Positions 30,532 to 40,255 of a stretch of 64,000 nucleotides of DNA are shown piece by piece. Origin of the DNA: Myxococcales bacterium (GTDB lineage: Bacteria; Myxococcota_A; Polyangia; Polyangiales; JADJMO01); assembly GCA_016794445.1 (NCBI GenBank), contig JAEUKC010000022.1:1133-65132 (forward strand). The letters run 5' to 3'. The first letter of the stretch is position 1, and every line of letters starts with the position of its first letter. The position numbers and the translations under genes were made by a program. The notes beneath the pieces were generated by a model. It ran no database searches, was not told the origin of the DNA, and was given only the letters and a program-made list of their open reading frames with translations.

Positions 30532-30914
30532 GGGGCGAGCCTCCGCACACGGCGGCGCACCGGCTCGAGGTCGAACCACTCGTTGCGCTTGAACACCTCG
30601 AAGGCGATGCGCGCGGCGCGGTCGCGCTCGACGACCAGGACGCCGTCGCGCAGCACCCGGTGGACGAGGTCGGAGTCGGCGCCGTCGAGCAGGACGAGGT
30701 CGACCCGCGAGCCCACCGCCTCTTCGACGGCGGCCTCGAGCTCCACGGGCCAGTCGTCGAGCGTGCGCGGCCGCGGCCTCCCGCGGAGCACCGCCACGTC
30801 GACGTCGCTGCCTTCGTGCGCGTCCCCGCGCGCCTGGCTCCCGAAGAGCCACGCGCAGACGACGTCGGACCGGCCCTCGAGGGCCGCGCGCAGTCTCTCG
30901 GCGAGGGGCGACAC
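30528..30914 (-). CDS. mntA: MntA nucleotidyltransferase antitoxin
   Basis: GS-x10-DxD motif LFGSQARGDAHEGSDVDVAV. Immediately upstream of and overlapping hepT. Confidence 0.85.
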   Translation of the reverse strand: MSPLAERLRAALEGRSDVVCAWLFGSQARGDAHEGSDVDVAVLRGRPRPRTLDDWPVELEAAVEEAVGSRVDLVLLDGADSDLVHRVLRDGVLVVERDRAARIAFEVFKRNEWFDLEPVRRRVRRLAP

Positions 30915-30926
30915 CCCCTTACTGTA

Positions 30927-31505
30927 CTACTGCGCGTCCGCCAGGATCTGATCGGCGTGCACGGCCGGGTCGACCTTCGGGTAGACCTTCTTGATCTTGC
31001 CGTCGGTCCCGATCAGGTAGCTCACGCGCGACGCGTAGCCGCCGTTGACCGCGACGCCGAAGCGCTTGCAGATCGATTGATCGGTGTCGGCGACGAGGGG
31101 GAACGGGAGCTTGTACTTGGCGGCGAACGCCTTGTGGCTCGCGTCGTCGTCGACGCTCACGCCGATGACCTGGATGCCCGCCTTCTGCAGCTTGTCCCAC
31201 GCGTCGCGGAACGCGCAGGCCTCCTTGGTGCAGCCCGGCGTGTCGTCCTTGGGGTAGAAATACACGACGATGTGCTTGCCCTTGAGGGCCCCGAGGTCGA
31301 CCTTCGTGCCGTCGGCGGCCGTGGCCACCAGCGCGGGGGCCGGGTCGCCCTCCTTGGGAGGCGCCGCCTCGGCGGTGGGGCTGGCCCCGGAGACCGTGGC
31401 GCTCGTGCTGGGGCTCGCCCCCGGCGTCGGCGTCGACTCCTTGCAACCCACGGGACCGACGGCGAGGGCGAGGAGGGCGACGGCGAGCGAGCGCATGGCG
31501 ATCAT
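30927..31505 (-). CDS. bcp: peroxiredoxin (Bcp type) with lipoprotein signal
   Basis: FYPKDDTPGCTKEAC active site. N-terminal MIAMRSLAVALLALAVGPVGC. Confidence 0.9.
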   Translation of the reverse strand: MIAMRSLAVALLALAVGPVGCKESTPTPGASPSTSATVSGASPTAEAAPPKEGDPAPALVATAADGTKVDLGALKGKHIVVYFYPKDDTPGCTKEACAFRDAWDKLQKAGIQVIGVSVDDDASHKAFAAKYKLPFPLVADTDQSICKRFGVAVNGGYASRVSYLIGTDGKIKKVYPKVDPAVHADQILADAQ

Positions 31506-31762
31506 TTTCCTTTGGGCTTGGCCGACGGCGCCGGCTTCGCGGAAGCAGATGCCGCGGGCGGCGCGCTGGATACAGCCGGCGCCGGGGGCGGCGGCGGCGG
31601 CGCGACCGTGGGGGCCGGCTCGGCCTTGGGCTTGGGGGCGTAGAGGTCCCCGCCGCTGGGCGCGTAGGCGATCGGGGTCGCCGGGATGGTCGGCGGCTTG
31701 CTGCCACAACCCAGAATCAGCACGAACAGGAGAATGCCCGAGGCTCGCGACGTGTTGCCCAT
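31502..31762 (-). CDS. small Pro-rich lipoprotein
   Basis: Last 86 codons of the 1220-aa antisense track ORF. MGNTSRASGILLFVLILGCGSKPP... ATGA overlap with the bcp start. Confidence 0.55.
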   Translation of the reverse strand: MGNTSRASGILLFVLILGCGSKPPTIPATPIAYAPSGGDLYAPKPKAEPAPTVAPPPPPPAPAVSSAPPAASASAKPAPSAKPKGK

Positions 31763-31822
31763 GGGCCCGATGATGCAGCCGTTCCCTGGGTCGCCACAAC
31801 CCCCTAGACTGTAGGACCCCTG

Positions 31823-34800
31823 ATGCAATCGCCCGAGCGGCTCGGCCGCAGCTTCGTCATCCTCGGTTCGCTCGGTCTCGCCACCTGGCTCGCCCTCTTC
31901 TCCACCGGTCGCGGCGAGGGGCTTTTCCGCGGGCTCTACTCCACCGCGCAGGCCGCGCCCGCCCAGAAGGGGCAGAAGAAGGGCCCCTACGCCCTGTCCA
32001 AGGCGCTGGTCGTCAAGCGCACCCTGGAGCTGATCTCCGACGAGTACGTCGACCCGAAGCGGGTGGTCCCCCACAACCTCCTCCTCGCGGCCCTCAACTC
32101 GGTCCAGCGCGACGTGGCCCAGGTGCTCGTGCACGTGGAGCCGGGCGGGCAGGTCGCCAAGATCCGCGTCGAGGACAAGGAGCTCTCGCTCGAGATCAAG
32201 GAGGTCAACGGCCCCTGGGACGTGCTGGCCAAGATCCGCACCGTGTTCCAGTTCCTGGAGCTCCACCTCAAGGACTCGCCCGACATCGACCTGCGCGAGG
32301 TCGAGTACGCCGCCTGCAACGGCATGCTCAAGACCCTCGACCCCCACTCGGTGCTGTTCTCGCCGGAGGCCTACAAGGACTTCAGCGTCGGCACGAGCGG
32401 CAAGTTCGGCGGCCTCGGGATCGTCATCCAGATCCGCGACAAGGTCCTCACCGTGATGAACACGATGCCGGGCACGCCCGCCGCCGAGGGCGGCCTCCTG
32501 AAGGGCGACCGCATCATCCAGATCAACGGCGAGTCCACCACCACGATGGGCATCAACGAGGCCGTGCAGCGCCTCCGCGGCGACCCGGACACCGACGTCA
32601 CGCTGGTCATCAAGCGCGAGGGCAAAGACGGCTTCCCGAGCAAGCCGTTCAAGCTCACGCGCAAGGAGATCAAGGTCGCGAGCGTCGAGAGCAAGGCCCT
32701 CGACGACGGTGTCGGCTACATCCGCCTCAAGCAGTTCGCCGAGCAGACCGCGCCCGACATGCAGAAGGCGATGGCCGAGCTCAAGGCCTCGGGGCACGAC
32801 AAGGGCCTCGTCCTCGACCTGCGCGGCAACCCGGGCGGCCTGCTCGACCAGGCGCGCCGCGTGGTCGACGCCTTCGTGAAGACCGGCGAGATCGTCATCC
32901 AGGACGGCCGCAAGGAGGGCCGCATCGTCGACGATGCCAAGGACGACAAGAACGAGCCCGGCTACCCCATCGTGGTGCTGGTGAGCTCGGGCTCGGCGAG
33001 CGCGAGCGAGATCGTCGCGGGTGCGCTCAAGAACCTCGACCGCGCGGTCATCGTCGGCGAGACCACGTTCGGCAAGGGCAGCGTGCAGAAGGTCGAGAAG
33101 AACATCCCGCCCGAGGGCGCGGCGCTCAAGCTCACCATCGCGCAGTACCTCACCCCCGGCGACATCAGCATCCAGGGCGTCGGCATCGTGCCCGACATCG
33201 AGCTCCTGCCGATGACGGTCGACCTCCAGGAGCTCAACCTCACCGCCGACGCGCCCTACTACCGCGAGAGCGATCTGAGCGCGCACCTGTCGAACGCCAA
33301 GGCCAAGGCCGGCCAGAAGCCGGTCGAGATCCTGCAGTACGCGCTCTCCCGCGAGGACCGCGCGGCCCTCCGCGAGCGCGGCGGCGACCCGGAGGACCAG
33401 TTCGCGCTCGACGCCCAGATCGCCTTCGCGCGCCGGTTCCTCAAGACCGTCTCGAGCAGCGACGGCGCCAAGCGCCTCGACCTCATCAAGAAGGCCAAGG
33501 GCTTCCTCGACGGCTACAAGTCCGAGGAGATGAAGAAGGTCGAGGCCGACCTCGTGAAGCTCGGCATCGACTGGTCCGACGGCGACGCGAGCGGCGCCTT
33601 CGACCCGAGCAAGATCAGCGTCACCGTCGAGCCGAGCAAGGCGAACGGCGAGGTGAACGCGGGCGACGCGCTCGAGCTCAAGGTCACCGTCACCAACAAC
33701 GGCGCGGTGCCGCTCTACAAGCTCCGCGGCCAGACCAAGAGCGACGCCGGCATCTTCGACGGCAAGGAGTTCGTGTTCGGCAAGGTCGAGCCCGGCAAGT
33801 CGCGCAGCTGGACGAGTCCGCTCGGCTGGTGCGAGACCGAGGGCCACAAGGCCGGCGTCACCGCCCCCAAGGACGCGCCGCGCGTCTGCAAGATCCCGAA
33901 GGACACGGTCACTCGCGCCGACGTCATCAAGGTGAAGTTCGAGGAGGCGCACGAGCACGCCCCCAAGGACGCCGAGACCCGCACCACCATCAAGGCGCTG
34001 GCCCGGCCGTCGTTCGCCTACAGCTACGCGGTCGTCGACGACGTGCAGGGCAACGGCGACGGCCAGCTGCAGGTCGGCGAGAAGGCCTCGCTCTACCTCA
34101 CGGTCAAGAACACGGGCACCGGCAAGTCCTGGGAGACGGAGGCCTCGCTCCACAACCTCTCGGGCGACGGGCTCCTCCTGCGCGACGCGCGGTTCGACCT
34201 CTCCAACATGGCGCCCGGCGAGGAGCGCAAGGTGCGCTTCACGTTCGACGTCAACCCGGTGAAGGACGAGGCCAAGGTCTCGCTCGCCATCCGCGACGCC
34301 GACCTCCGCGAGTCGGCGACCGAGCGCATCGTGATGCCGATCCGCCCGTCGCTGAGCGTGACGAGCGCCTCCGGCATCCTCAAGGTGGAGTCGCTGGTCG
34401 ACCTGTTCGAGTCGCCGGTCGCCGGGGGCAAGCCGTTCGGTCAGCTCCCCAAGGACGGCATCCTCGGCGTCACCGGCCTCGTGTCGGACTTCGTGCGCGT
34501 GGATCTCGGCAACGGCCGCTTCGCGTTCGCCAGCAAGACCGCGGGCAAGGTCGGCAAGGGCGACCCGCCCAAGCCCAAGGACCCGAAGAAGCCCGTGCAA
34601 CCGTGGATCGACCTGCTCACGCACTCGCCGCCCTCGATCGAGGTCGACGCGATCGATCTGGTGGTCAAGAGCGACAAGGTGAAGCTCAAGGGCTTCGCGA
34701 TCGACCCCGACAAGGTGATCGACGCCTACGTCTTCGTCGGCTCGCGCAAGATCTTCTACAAGAGCAACAAGGGCGGCGCCGACGCCAAGAAGCTGCCGTT

Positions 34801-34978
34801 CGAGCTCGACGTGCCGCTGCGCCCCGGCGTGAACTTCGTGAGCGTGTGGGCGCGCGAGTCGTCGGACACGGTCCAGCGCCGTGTGTTCGTGGTGCGCCGC
34901 GACGGGCCGGACGGCGCGGCCCTCGAGACCCCGAAGGGCGACGAGGACCTGGGCGAGCTGCTCGGCGGGGGGCACTGA
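31823..34978 (+). CDS. S41-family C-terminal processing peptidase with PDZ domain and long C-terminal extension
   Basis: PDZ region (GLLKGDRIIQING), catalytic SSGSASASE and TFGKGSVQ. About 550 additional C-terminal residues. Confidence 0.9.
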   Translation: MQSPERLGRSFVILGSLGLATWLALFSTGRGEGLFRGLYSTAQAAPAQKGQKKGPYALSKALVVKRTLELISDEYVDPKRVVPHNLLLAALNSVQRDVAQVLVHVEPGGQVAKIRVEDKELSLEIKEVNGPWDVLAKIRTVFQFLELHLKDSPDIDLREVEYAACNGMLKTLDPHSVLFSPEAYKDFSVGTSGKFGGLGIVIQIRDKVLTVMNTMPGTPAAEGGLLKGDRIIQINGESTTTMGINEAVQRLRGDPDTDVTLVIKREGKDGFPSKPFKLTRKEIKVASVESKALDDGVGYIRLKQFAEQTAPDMQKAMAELKASGHDKGLVLDLRGNPGGLLDQARRVVDAFVKTGEIVIQDGRKEGRIVDDAKDDKNEPGYPIVVLVSSGSASASEIVAGALKNLDRAVIVGETTFGKGSVQKVEKNIPPEGAALKLTIAQYLTPGDISIQGVGIVPDIELLPMTVDLQELNLTADAPYYRESDLSAHLSNAKAKAGQKPVEILQYALSREDRAALRERGGDPEDQFALDAQIAFARRFLKTVSSSDGAKRLDLIKKAKGFLDGYKSEEMKKVEADLVKLGIDWSDGDASGAFDPSKISVTVEPSKANGEVNAGDALELKVTVTNNGAVPLYKLRGQTKSDAGIFDGKEFVFGKVEPGKSRSWTSPLGWCETEGHKAGVTAPKDAPRVCKIPKDTVTRADVIKVKFEEAHEHAPKDAETRTTIKALARPSFAYSYAVVDDVQGNGDGQLQVGEKASLYLTVKNTGTGKSWETEASLHNLSGDGLLLRDARFDLSNMAPGEERKVRFTFDVNPVKDEAKVSLAIRDADLRESATERIVMPIRPSLSVTSASGILKVESLVDLFESPVAGGKPFGQLPKDGILGVTGLVSDFVRVDLGNGRFAFASKTAGKVGKGDPPKPKDPKKPVQPWIDLLTHSPPSIEVDAIDLVVKSDKVKLKGFAIDPDKVIDAYVFVGSRKIFYKSNKGGADAKKLPFELDVPLRPGVNFVSVWARESSDTVQRRVFVVRRDGPDGAALETPKGDEDLGELLGGGH

Positions 34979-35589
34979 GCCGCGCGGCGAATCTCTGTCT
35001 TCTGGCGCTCGCGGCTCTGGGTTCCCTGGCCTGCCCAGCCCCCCGCACCGCGACGCCGGCCCCGCCGTGCCTACCTTCCGGGCCACCCGACGCCGTGGAG
35101 CTCGAGGGCGACACGGTGCTGCTCTCCCGCGGGAACACGTGGCGACGAGCGATGGGTCCCGCACGAGCCGCGGCTGCGGCCGGACCTCGTGCGGTCCTGG
35201 TGCTCGACTTCCTGTGGGCGACGGCGCGCTGGGACGTTGTGATCGACCTCGCGCGCGACGCGTTCGCGCACGTCAGTCAGCCTCCCCAGGAGGTCGGCGA
35301 CGAGTTCGGGCAACGCGCGAAGAGCTTCGTCGAGCGGCGGCGGGTGGGCTTCTTCTTCCGGGATCCCGGCCTGTTCCTCGCGACCGCGCCAGCGCGTGGA
35401 GAGGGAAGCGTGGTCGACACGACGACGGGCGCGCGGCGCAGCGAGGCGCCGCTCGCCCTCACCGAGCGGGGACTCGCGTTCGTGCTGGGGCCGGCGCAGT
35501 ACCTCGTGGTCGAGCCGCGCTCGGATGGGACGTGCCTGCGGGTCGTCGGCGGCGAAGCCGTGGCCCGCTGCCTCGCGACGTGCCAGTGA
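34975..35589 (+). CDS. hypothetical lipoprotein, apparent non-canonical (CTG) start in a CTGA overlap
   Basis: The frame opens with (L)SRAANLCLLALAALGSLACP, a complete signal peptide plus lipobox, exactly at the stop of the upstream gene. The nearest in-frame ATG/GTG/TTG start candidate is a GTG about 120 nt upstream. Confidence 0.4.
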   Translation: MSRAANLCLLALAALGSLACPAPRTATPAPPCLPSGPPDAVELEGDTVLLSRGNTWRRAMGPARAAAAAGPRAVLVLDFLWATARWDVVIDLARDAFAHVSQPPQEVGDEFGQRAKSFVERRRVGFFFRDPGLFLATAPARGEGSVVDTTTGARRSEAPLALTERGLAFVLGPAQYLVVEPRSDGTCLRVVGGEAVARCLATCQ

Positions 35590-35658
35590 GAAGAAGCCCC
35601 GCTCCTCATCGACCAGCACGCGCGGATCGTCGCCGGTTTCGCGGCCACGAAGACCTAG

Positions 35659-36327
35659 TCAGGCCGGCGCCTCCCGCACTGACACGAGCCCGTGCCGCCG
35701 CCACCCGACGCGCGCGAGCCAGGTGCGAGGCGGGTGTACCGGCGCTCGCACAGCGAGCGACGCGCCCGTCACTTCCCGGAACCCATCGAACCACATCGCC
35801 GACGAGCATGGGTCGAGCAGCGTGGACACCCGCACCTGGTGCTTCTTGAAGTTCTGCAGCACGTACGCCAGCGCGAACCGCACCTCGCGCGGCGAGCGCA
35901 GAGCGCGCGTGTGGAACCGGTCGTCGAACACGCGCCCGCGCCGCCCGAGGGCGCGGTTGATCGCCCGGGCCAGCCGTACGCCGAGCCCCTGCGCCCCCGC
36001 GCGCAAGGCGTGGGCGTCGGCCGCCTCGACGATCAGGTGGAGGTGGTTGTCTTGCACCGAGAAGTGCACGACGCGGAACGCGGCGACCGACGCGCGCTGC
36101 GCCGCCAGCGCCGCAACGATCGCAGGGAACACCTCGGCGCCCCGGAGCGAGCCGAGACCGGCGAGACACCGCCAGGTGAGGTGCTCCGGATACGACGCCT
36201 GGTGCACCGGCCGACGGCGATGCGGCACGAGGGGCCGTGGCGCCACCCGCTTGCGACCCGCGCCCGCGCGCTTGCCGCCCCACCCGGAGGTGAGCGGTAG
36301 CTCGAGCTGGGGAGACCGGCGCGCCAT
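35659..36327 (-). mobile_element. REP-associated tyrosine transposase (RAYT, IS200/IS605 TnpA-like Y1 HUH) gene
   Basis: MARRSPQLELPL...GWGGKRAGAGRK N-terminus. HUH motif DNHLHLIVEA. Tyr motif FALAYVLQNFKKH. Alternative starts at 36342 and 36384. Confidence 0.8.
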
Positions 36328-36402
36328 CTCTTGATTGAGCATAGTTAGCGGCGGATGGACGTCAAGGTTCCCGGTTGCACACACACTGGGGTCCGGGTGC
36401 GG

Positions 36403-36534
36403 ACATGGGTGACGGTTTGTGCGGGCACATGGGTGACGGCCGTCCTTCAGTCCAAGGACATGGGTGACAGTTGCGGCAAGGAGCGGACCGCTGTCGCCGA
36501 TGTCAGCAGACAGATCTGTTGCCCATGTCCTTGG
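36403..36534. repeat. three direct 13-nt repeats ACATGGGTGAC(G/A)G plus a 13-bp inverted repeat, upstream of the RAYT gene
   Basis: Direct copies at 36403-36415, 36427-36439 and 36458-36470. CCAAGGACATGGG (36452-36464) pairs with CCCATGTCCTTGG (36522-36534). Locally lower GC. Confidence 0.7.
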
Positions 36535-36693
36535 CTTCGCAACTGGGGTGGTAGATCCTTGCCAATCAGACCCAGCCCGTGGCCCCTCTCGGAGACCCGT
36601 CGGCTCCTGCGGGGGGTCGATGTCCCGCAGCTCGGGCGCGCGCTGCAGCTCCGACGCGCGCCGGACGCAGCCGTTCGCGTGGGTCGGGCTCGC

Positions 36694-37113
<420 letters not shown>

Positions 37114-37169
37114 GCCCTCCCTTCTTGCCACGCGCCTCGTGCGGCGGGGCTGCGACCGATCGTCGCGGC

Positions 37170-37718
37170 TCACTTCGGGGCGTATTTCGAGAGCTTTCGC
37201 TGGAGCGACCGGCGGTGCACCCCGAGCTTGCGGGCGGCCTCCGAGACGTTGCCGCCGCAGTCGGTGAGCACCCGGTGGATGTGCTCCCACTCGGCGCGTG
37301 CCAGCGACGGAGCGTCGTACTCGACGGTGGTCGGGACCAGGGGCGGCTGGGCGGCGCGCTCGAAGGCGGCGAGCACGTCGTCCGCGTCGGCCGGCTTCTG
37401 CAGGTATCCAACGGCTCCGAGCCGCATGGCCTCGACCGCCGTCGCGATGCTGCCGTACCCGGTGAGCACCACCACGCGGGTCGCGGGATCGAGGGCCACG
37501 AGGTCGCGGGCGAGCTCGAGCCCCGACCGGCCGGGCATCTTCAGGTCCACGAGCGCGTACTCCGGCGACTCGACGCGAGCCGCCTCCATGGCCGCGTCGT
37601 AGCCGTCGGCCACGCGCACCTCGAAGCCGCGCTCGGTCATCGCGCGCGCCAGCCGCGTGCGGAGCGGTGCGTCGTCGTCCACCACGAGGAGGGTCCCGGC
37701 GTCGGGCTTGGCGGTCAC
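37170..37718 (-). CDS. regA: RegA/PrrA/ActR-family response regulator (Fis-type HTH)
   Basis: LLVVDDDAPLRTRLARAM...YALVDLKMPG...LTGYGSIATAVEAMRLGAVGYLQKPADADD...NVSEAARKLGVHRRSLQRKL. GTGA overlap with the kinase stop. Confidence 0.9.
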   Translation of the reverse strand: MTAKPDAGTLLVVDDDAPLRTRLARAMTERGFEVRVADGYDAAMEAARVESPEYALVDLKMPGRSGLELARDLVALDPATRVVVLTGYGSIATAVEAMRLGAVGYLQKPADADDVLAAFERAAQPPLVPTTVEYDAPSLARAEWEHIHRVLTDCGGNVSEAARKLGVHRRSLQRKLSKYAPK

Positions 37719-38950
37719 GCGAGCACCGTCCGGGGCAGCGTGAGGCGCACCTCGGTGCCCTCGCCCACCTGAGAGTCGACCGCGAGCTCGCCGTGCAGGT
37801 GCTCGAGCACCGACCGGGTGAGGAACAGCCCGAGGCCCATGCCCTTGCCGGGCTCCTTGGTCGTGAAGAACGGCTCGCCGAGGCGCGCGAGCGTCTGGGC
37901 GTTCATGCCCTCGCCGTGGTCGCGCACGACCAGCTCCACCGCCTCGCTCGTCGCGCGCGCGTGCAGCGAGACGCCCGCGGTCGAGGCGTCCTGCGCGTTC
38001 TTCACGACTCCGCGGACCGCCATCGCGAGGGAGCGCGGCGGCACGACGAGCTTGCGGCCGGTCAGCGTCGGCTCGATCACCGTGGCCACGGTGGGCGCGA
38101 GGCCCTCGAGCGAGAGCGAGAGCAGCTCGTCGACCGAGATCGCGCGGGGCAGGTCTCCGACGCCACCCCCCGCGTCGGCCTGCAGCTGATCGAGGACCGC
38201 CCGGCAGCGCGCGCACTGCTCGCGGACCAGCCGCGCGTCCTCCTCGAGGGCCGGATCGAGGGTGGCGAGGCGACGCTCGAGCTCGCGCGCGGCCACGGCG
38301 ATCGTGGAGAGCGGCGTCGAGAGCTCGTGGGCGGCGCCGGCCGCGAGCGTGGCGAGGGCCGCGAGCTTCTCGCCGCGCGCCTGGGCCGCGCGGAGCCGCG
38401 CGATCTCCTCCCGGTCGGCCTCGAGCGCGCGCTGCACGCGTCGCACGAAGTAGCCGATGAAGATGGCCGCGAGGGTGAACGACAGCCACATACCCTTGAG
38501 GTGCAGGCGCATGTGCGTCGCGTGATCTTGACCTTCGAGCTTGGTGGACAGATACGCCGAGTCGACGAACAACCCGCCGAAGCACAGCGTGGAGAGCACC
38601 ACGATGCTCCAGGTGGCGCGCCCGTCGAGCACCGCGGCGGCGAGCGCGATGTTGACGAGATAGAGCGAGCTGAACGGGTTGAGCGGCCCGCCGGTGAAGT
38701 AGAGCATCGCCGTCAACGCGAGCACGTCGAACGCGAGGGCCGCGCCCGGAAGCGCCGCGGGGATCTCGCGCCGATCCCGCGCGAACAGCCACAGGAGCGC
38801 GTTGCTGAGGGCGCTCAGCCCGAGCACCACCAGCAGCCGACGCACGGGCAGGTCGAAGCTCGAGAAGCGATCGACGAACACCACGAGCGCGGCCTGCGCC
38901 AGGGTCGCGCCCCAGCGCAATCGGAGGAGCCAGGTGAAGCTCGCGCGCAT
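37715..38950 (-). CDS. regB: RegB/PrrB/ActS-family redox-sensing histidine kinase
   Basis: Multi-TM N-terminus with the quinone-site heptapeptide GGPLNPF (GGxxNPF). H-box AAHELSTPL. Cys pair in REQCARCR. Alternative start at 38989. Confidence 0.85.
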   Translation of the reverse strand: MRASFTWLLRLRWGATLAQAALVVFVDRFSSFDLPVRRLLVVLGLSALSNALLWLFARDRREIPAALPGAALAFDVLALTAMLYFTGGPLNPFSSLYLVNIALAAAVLDGRATWSIVVLSTLCFGGLFVDSAYLSTKLEGQDHATHMRLHLKGMWLSFTLAAIFIGYFVRRVQRALEADREEIARLRAAQARGEKLAALATLAAGAAHELSTPLSTIAVAARELERRLATLDPALEEDARLVREQCARCRAVLDQLQADAGGGVGDLPRAISVDELLSLSLEGLAPTVATVIEPTLTGRKLVVPPRSLAMAVRGVVKNAQDASTAGVSLHARATSEAVELVVRDHGEGMNAQTLARLGEPFFTTKEPGKGMGLGLFLTRSVLEHLHGELAVDSQVGEGTEVRLTLPRTVLA

Positions 38951-38957
38951 CGCGCGC

Positions 38958-39329
38958 TCAGGGTACTTCGTACTGGAACGTCTTCCCATCGCTCCCCTGC
39001 GCGGCGCGCGCGACCACGCGGAGTTGCCAGAGCCCGGCCATCGAGAAGATCACGTCGTCCACGACGTAGAGGCCGCCACCCTTGTCGGTGACGCGCGGCA
39101 CGGGCGCCTCGTGTCCGTGCGCGGGCATCGTCGCGAGCACGTCGAGCGTCGCGCCCGCCACCGGCTGCCCCGCGAGCGTGCGCACGTGCACGCTGAACGA
39201 GTTGGAGCCGCGGTGCGGGGTGACGGTCGGGTCGGCGGTCACCGCGAAGACCTGCCCACCGGTGGGAGGCGCGTCTGCGCTGGCGCAGCCCGAGAGCAGA
39301 GCGAACATGAGCACGGGTCGGAACCACAT
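38958..39329 (-). CDS. YtkA-like/FixH-like domain lipoprotein (copper-chaperone-like)
   Basis: MWFRPVLMFALLSGC lipobox. GATLDVLATMPAHGHEAP...GGGLYVVDDVIFSMAGLWQLRVV resembles the YtkA-like domain pattern. Confidence 0.65.
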   Translation of the reverse strand: MWFRPVLMFALLSGCASADAPPTGGQVFAVTADPTVTPHRGSNSFSVHVRTLAGQPVAGATLDVLATMPAHGHEAPVPRVTDKGGGLYVVDDVIFSMAGLWQLRVVARAAQGSDGKTFQYEVP

Positions 39330-39462
39330 CGTGCGACGGGTGTAGCCTGGCCCTGCACGCGCACCCTGCGGCCGATTGTCGCGGCCATGGCGCCCACCCA
39401 TGCACGGAACCGAGCTGACCGCGACCAAGACGCCCAGTTGCCCGCTGGACGCGGGATGGGGT

Positions 39463-40194
39463 TCAAGGCTCGCTGCGGCTGAGCGAACGCGCGGCGGTGA
39501 GCGCCTTGCCGAGGGCGAGCGACAGCGGATCGGTCCTCGTCAACGCCATCGTCGCGAGGCGCGCCTTGACCTCCTCCTCCGTGCAGAGAGCGAGTCGATG
39601 GAGGCTGGTCGCCACTTGCGCGCGCGGCTTGGGCGCCCAGGCCGTCGGGGGCAACACCCCCGCGCGCTGGATCAGCGTCAGCGCGAAGCGGGGAACGACC
39701 AGCGGCACGCCGGTGCTCATCGCGAAGCCCGCGAGGCGCAGCACGCGCATCAGCACGAGGTCGCCGGGCTCCCCCGCCTCGGAGAGGCCACGGTCGGCGA
39801 GCAGCAGCGCATCGCCCGCGAGCACGTCGCGGACCGGGACCCCGAACCCCGGTCCGCGCGCCGTGACCTCGAGCACCGTCACCCGCGCCGCCTTCATCGC
39901 AGCAAGGAGCAGGCGCTCGTCGTCCGACACCTCCACCGACGGCTTCGCGAACCGAGCGATCGCGTTCGTGCCGGTCCCAGGCACGCTGTAGTCGTACAGC
40001 GCGCTGTCGAGGACGATGGCCCGCTCCACGTCCGGGTCGCCCGGCGTCCGCTTCGGGTCGCGCACGCCGAGGCGGGTCGCCATCTCGTCGATGGCGCGCT
40101 GCGAGAGCGTCTTGTAGAGGCGCAGGGTGAGCGCGTCGTGGGCCGCGCGGAGCTCGCCGTAGCGTTCGATCGTCACCGACATGGCCCGCGGCAT
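39463..40194 (-). CDS. hypothetical protein
   Basis: Internal ATG (MPRAMSVTIERYGELRAAH...) of track ORF 39463..40407. Coherent high-GC3 frame, no motif recognised. Confidence 0.55.
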   Translation of the reverse strand: MPRAMSVTIERYGELRAAHDALTLRLYKTLSQRAIDEMATRLGVRDPKRTPGDPDVERAIVLDSALYDYSVPGTGTNAIARFAKPSVEVSDDERLLLAAMKAARVTVLEVTARGPGFGVPVRDVLAGDALLLADRGLSEAGEPGDLVLMRVLRLAGFAMSTGVPLVVPRFALTLIQRAGVLPPTAWAPKPRAQVATSLHRLALCTEEEVKARLATMALTRTDPLSLALGKALTAARSLSRSEP

Positions 40195-40255
40195 AGCACC
40201 CCGGTAGGGTGATGGCGTCGCCGAAGTCCGCTGACCCAGAGAGTCCCCCGCCTCC

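Noticed and set aside
31763-35164. Upstream 1134 codons of the 1220-aa minus-strand ORF
   Set aside because: It is antisense to the S41 protease gene. Only the last 86 codons (31502-31762), which start with a lipoprotein signal outside the protease gene, look real.
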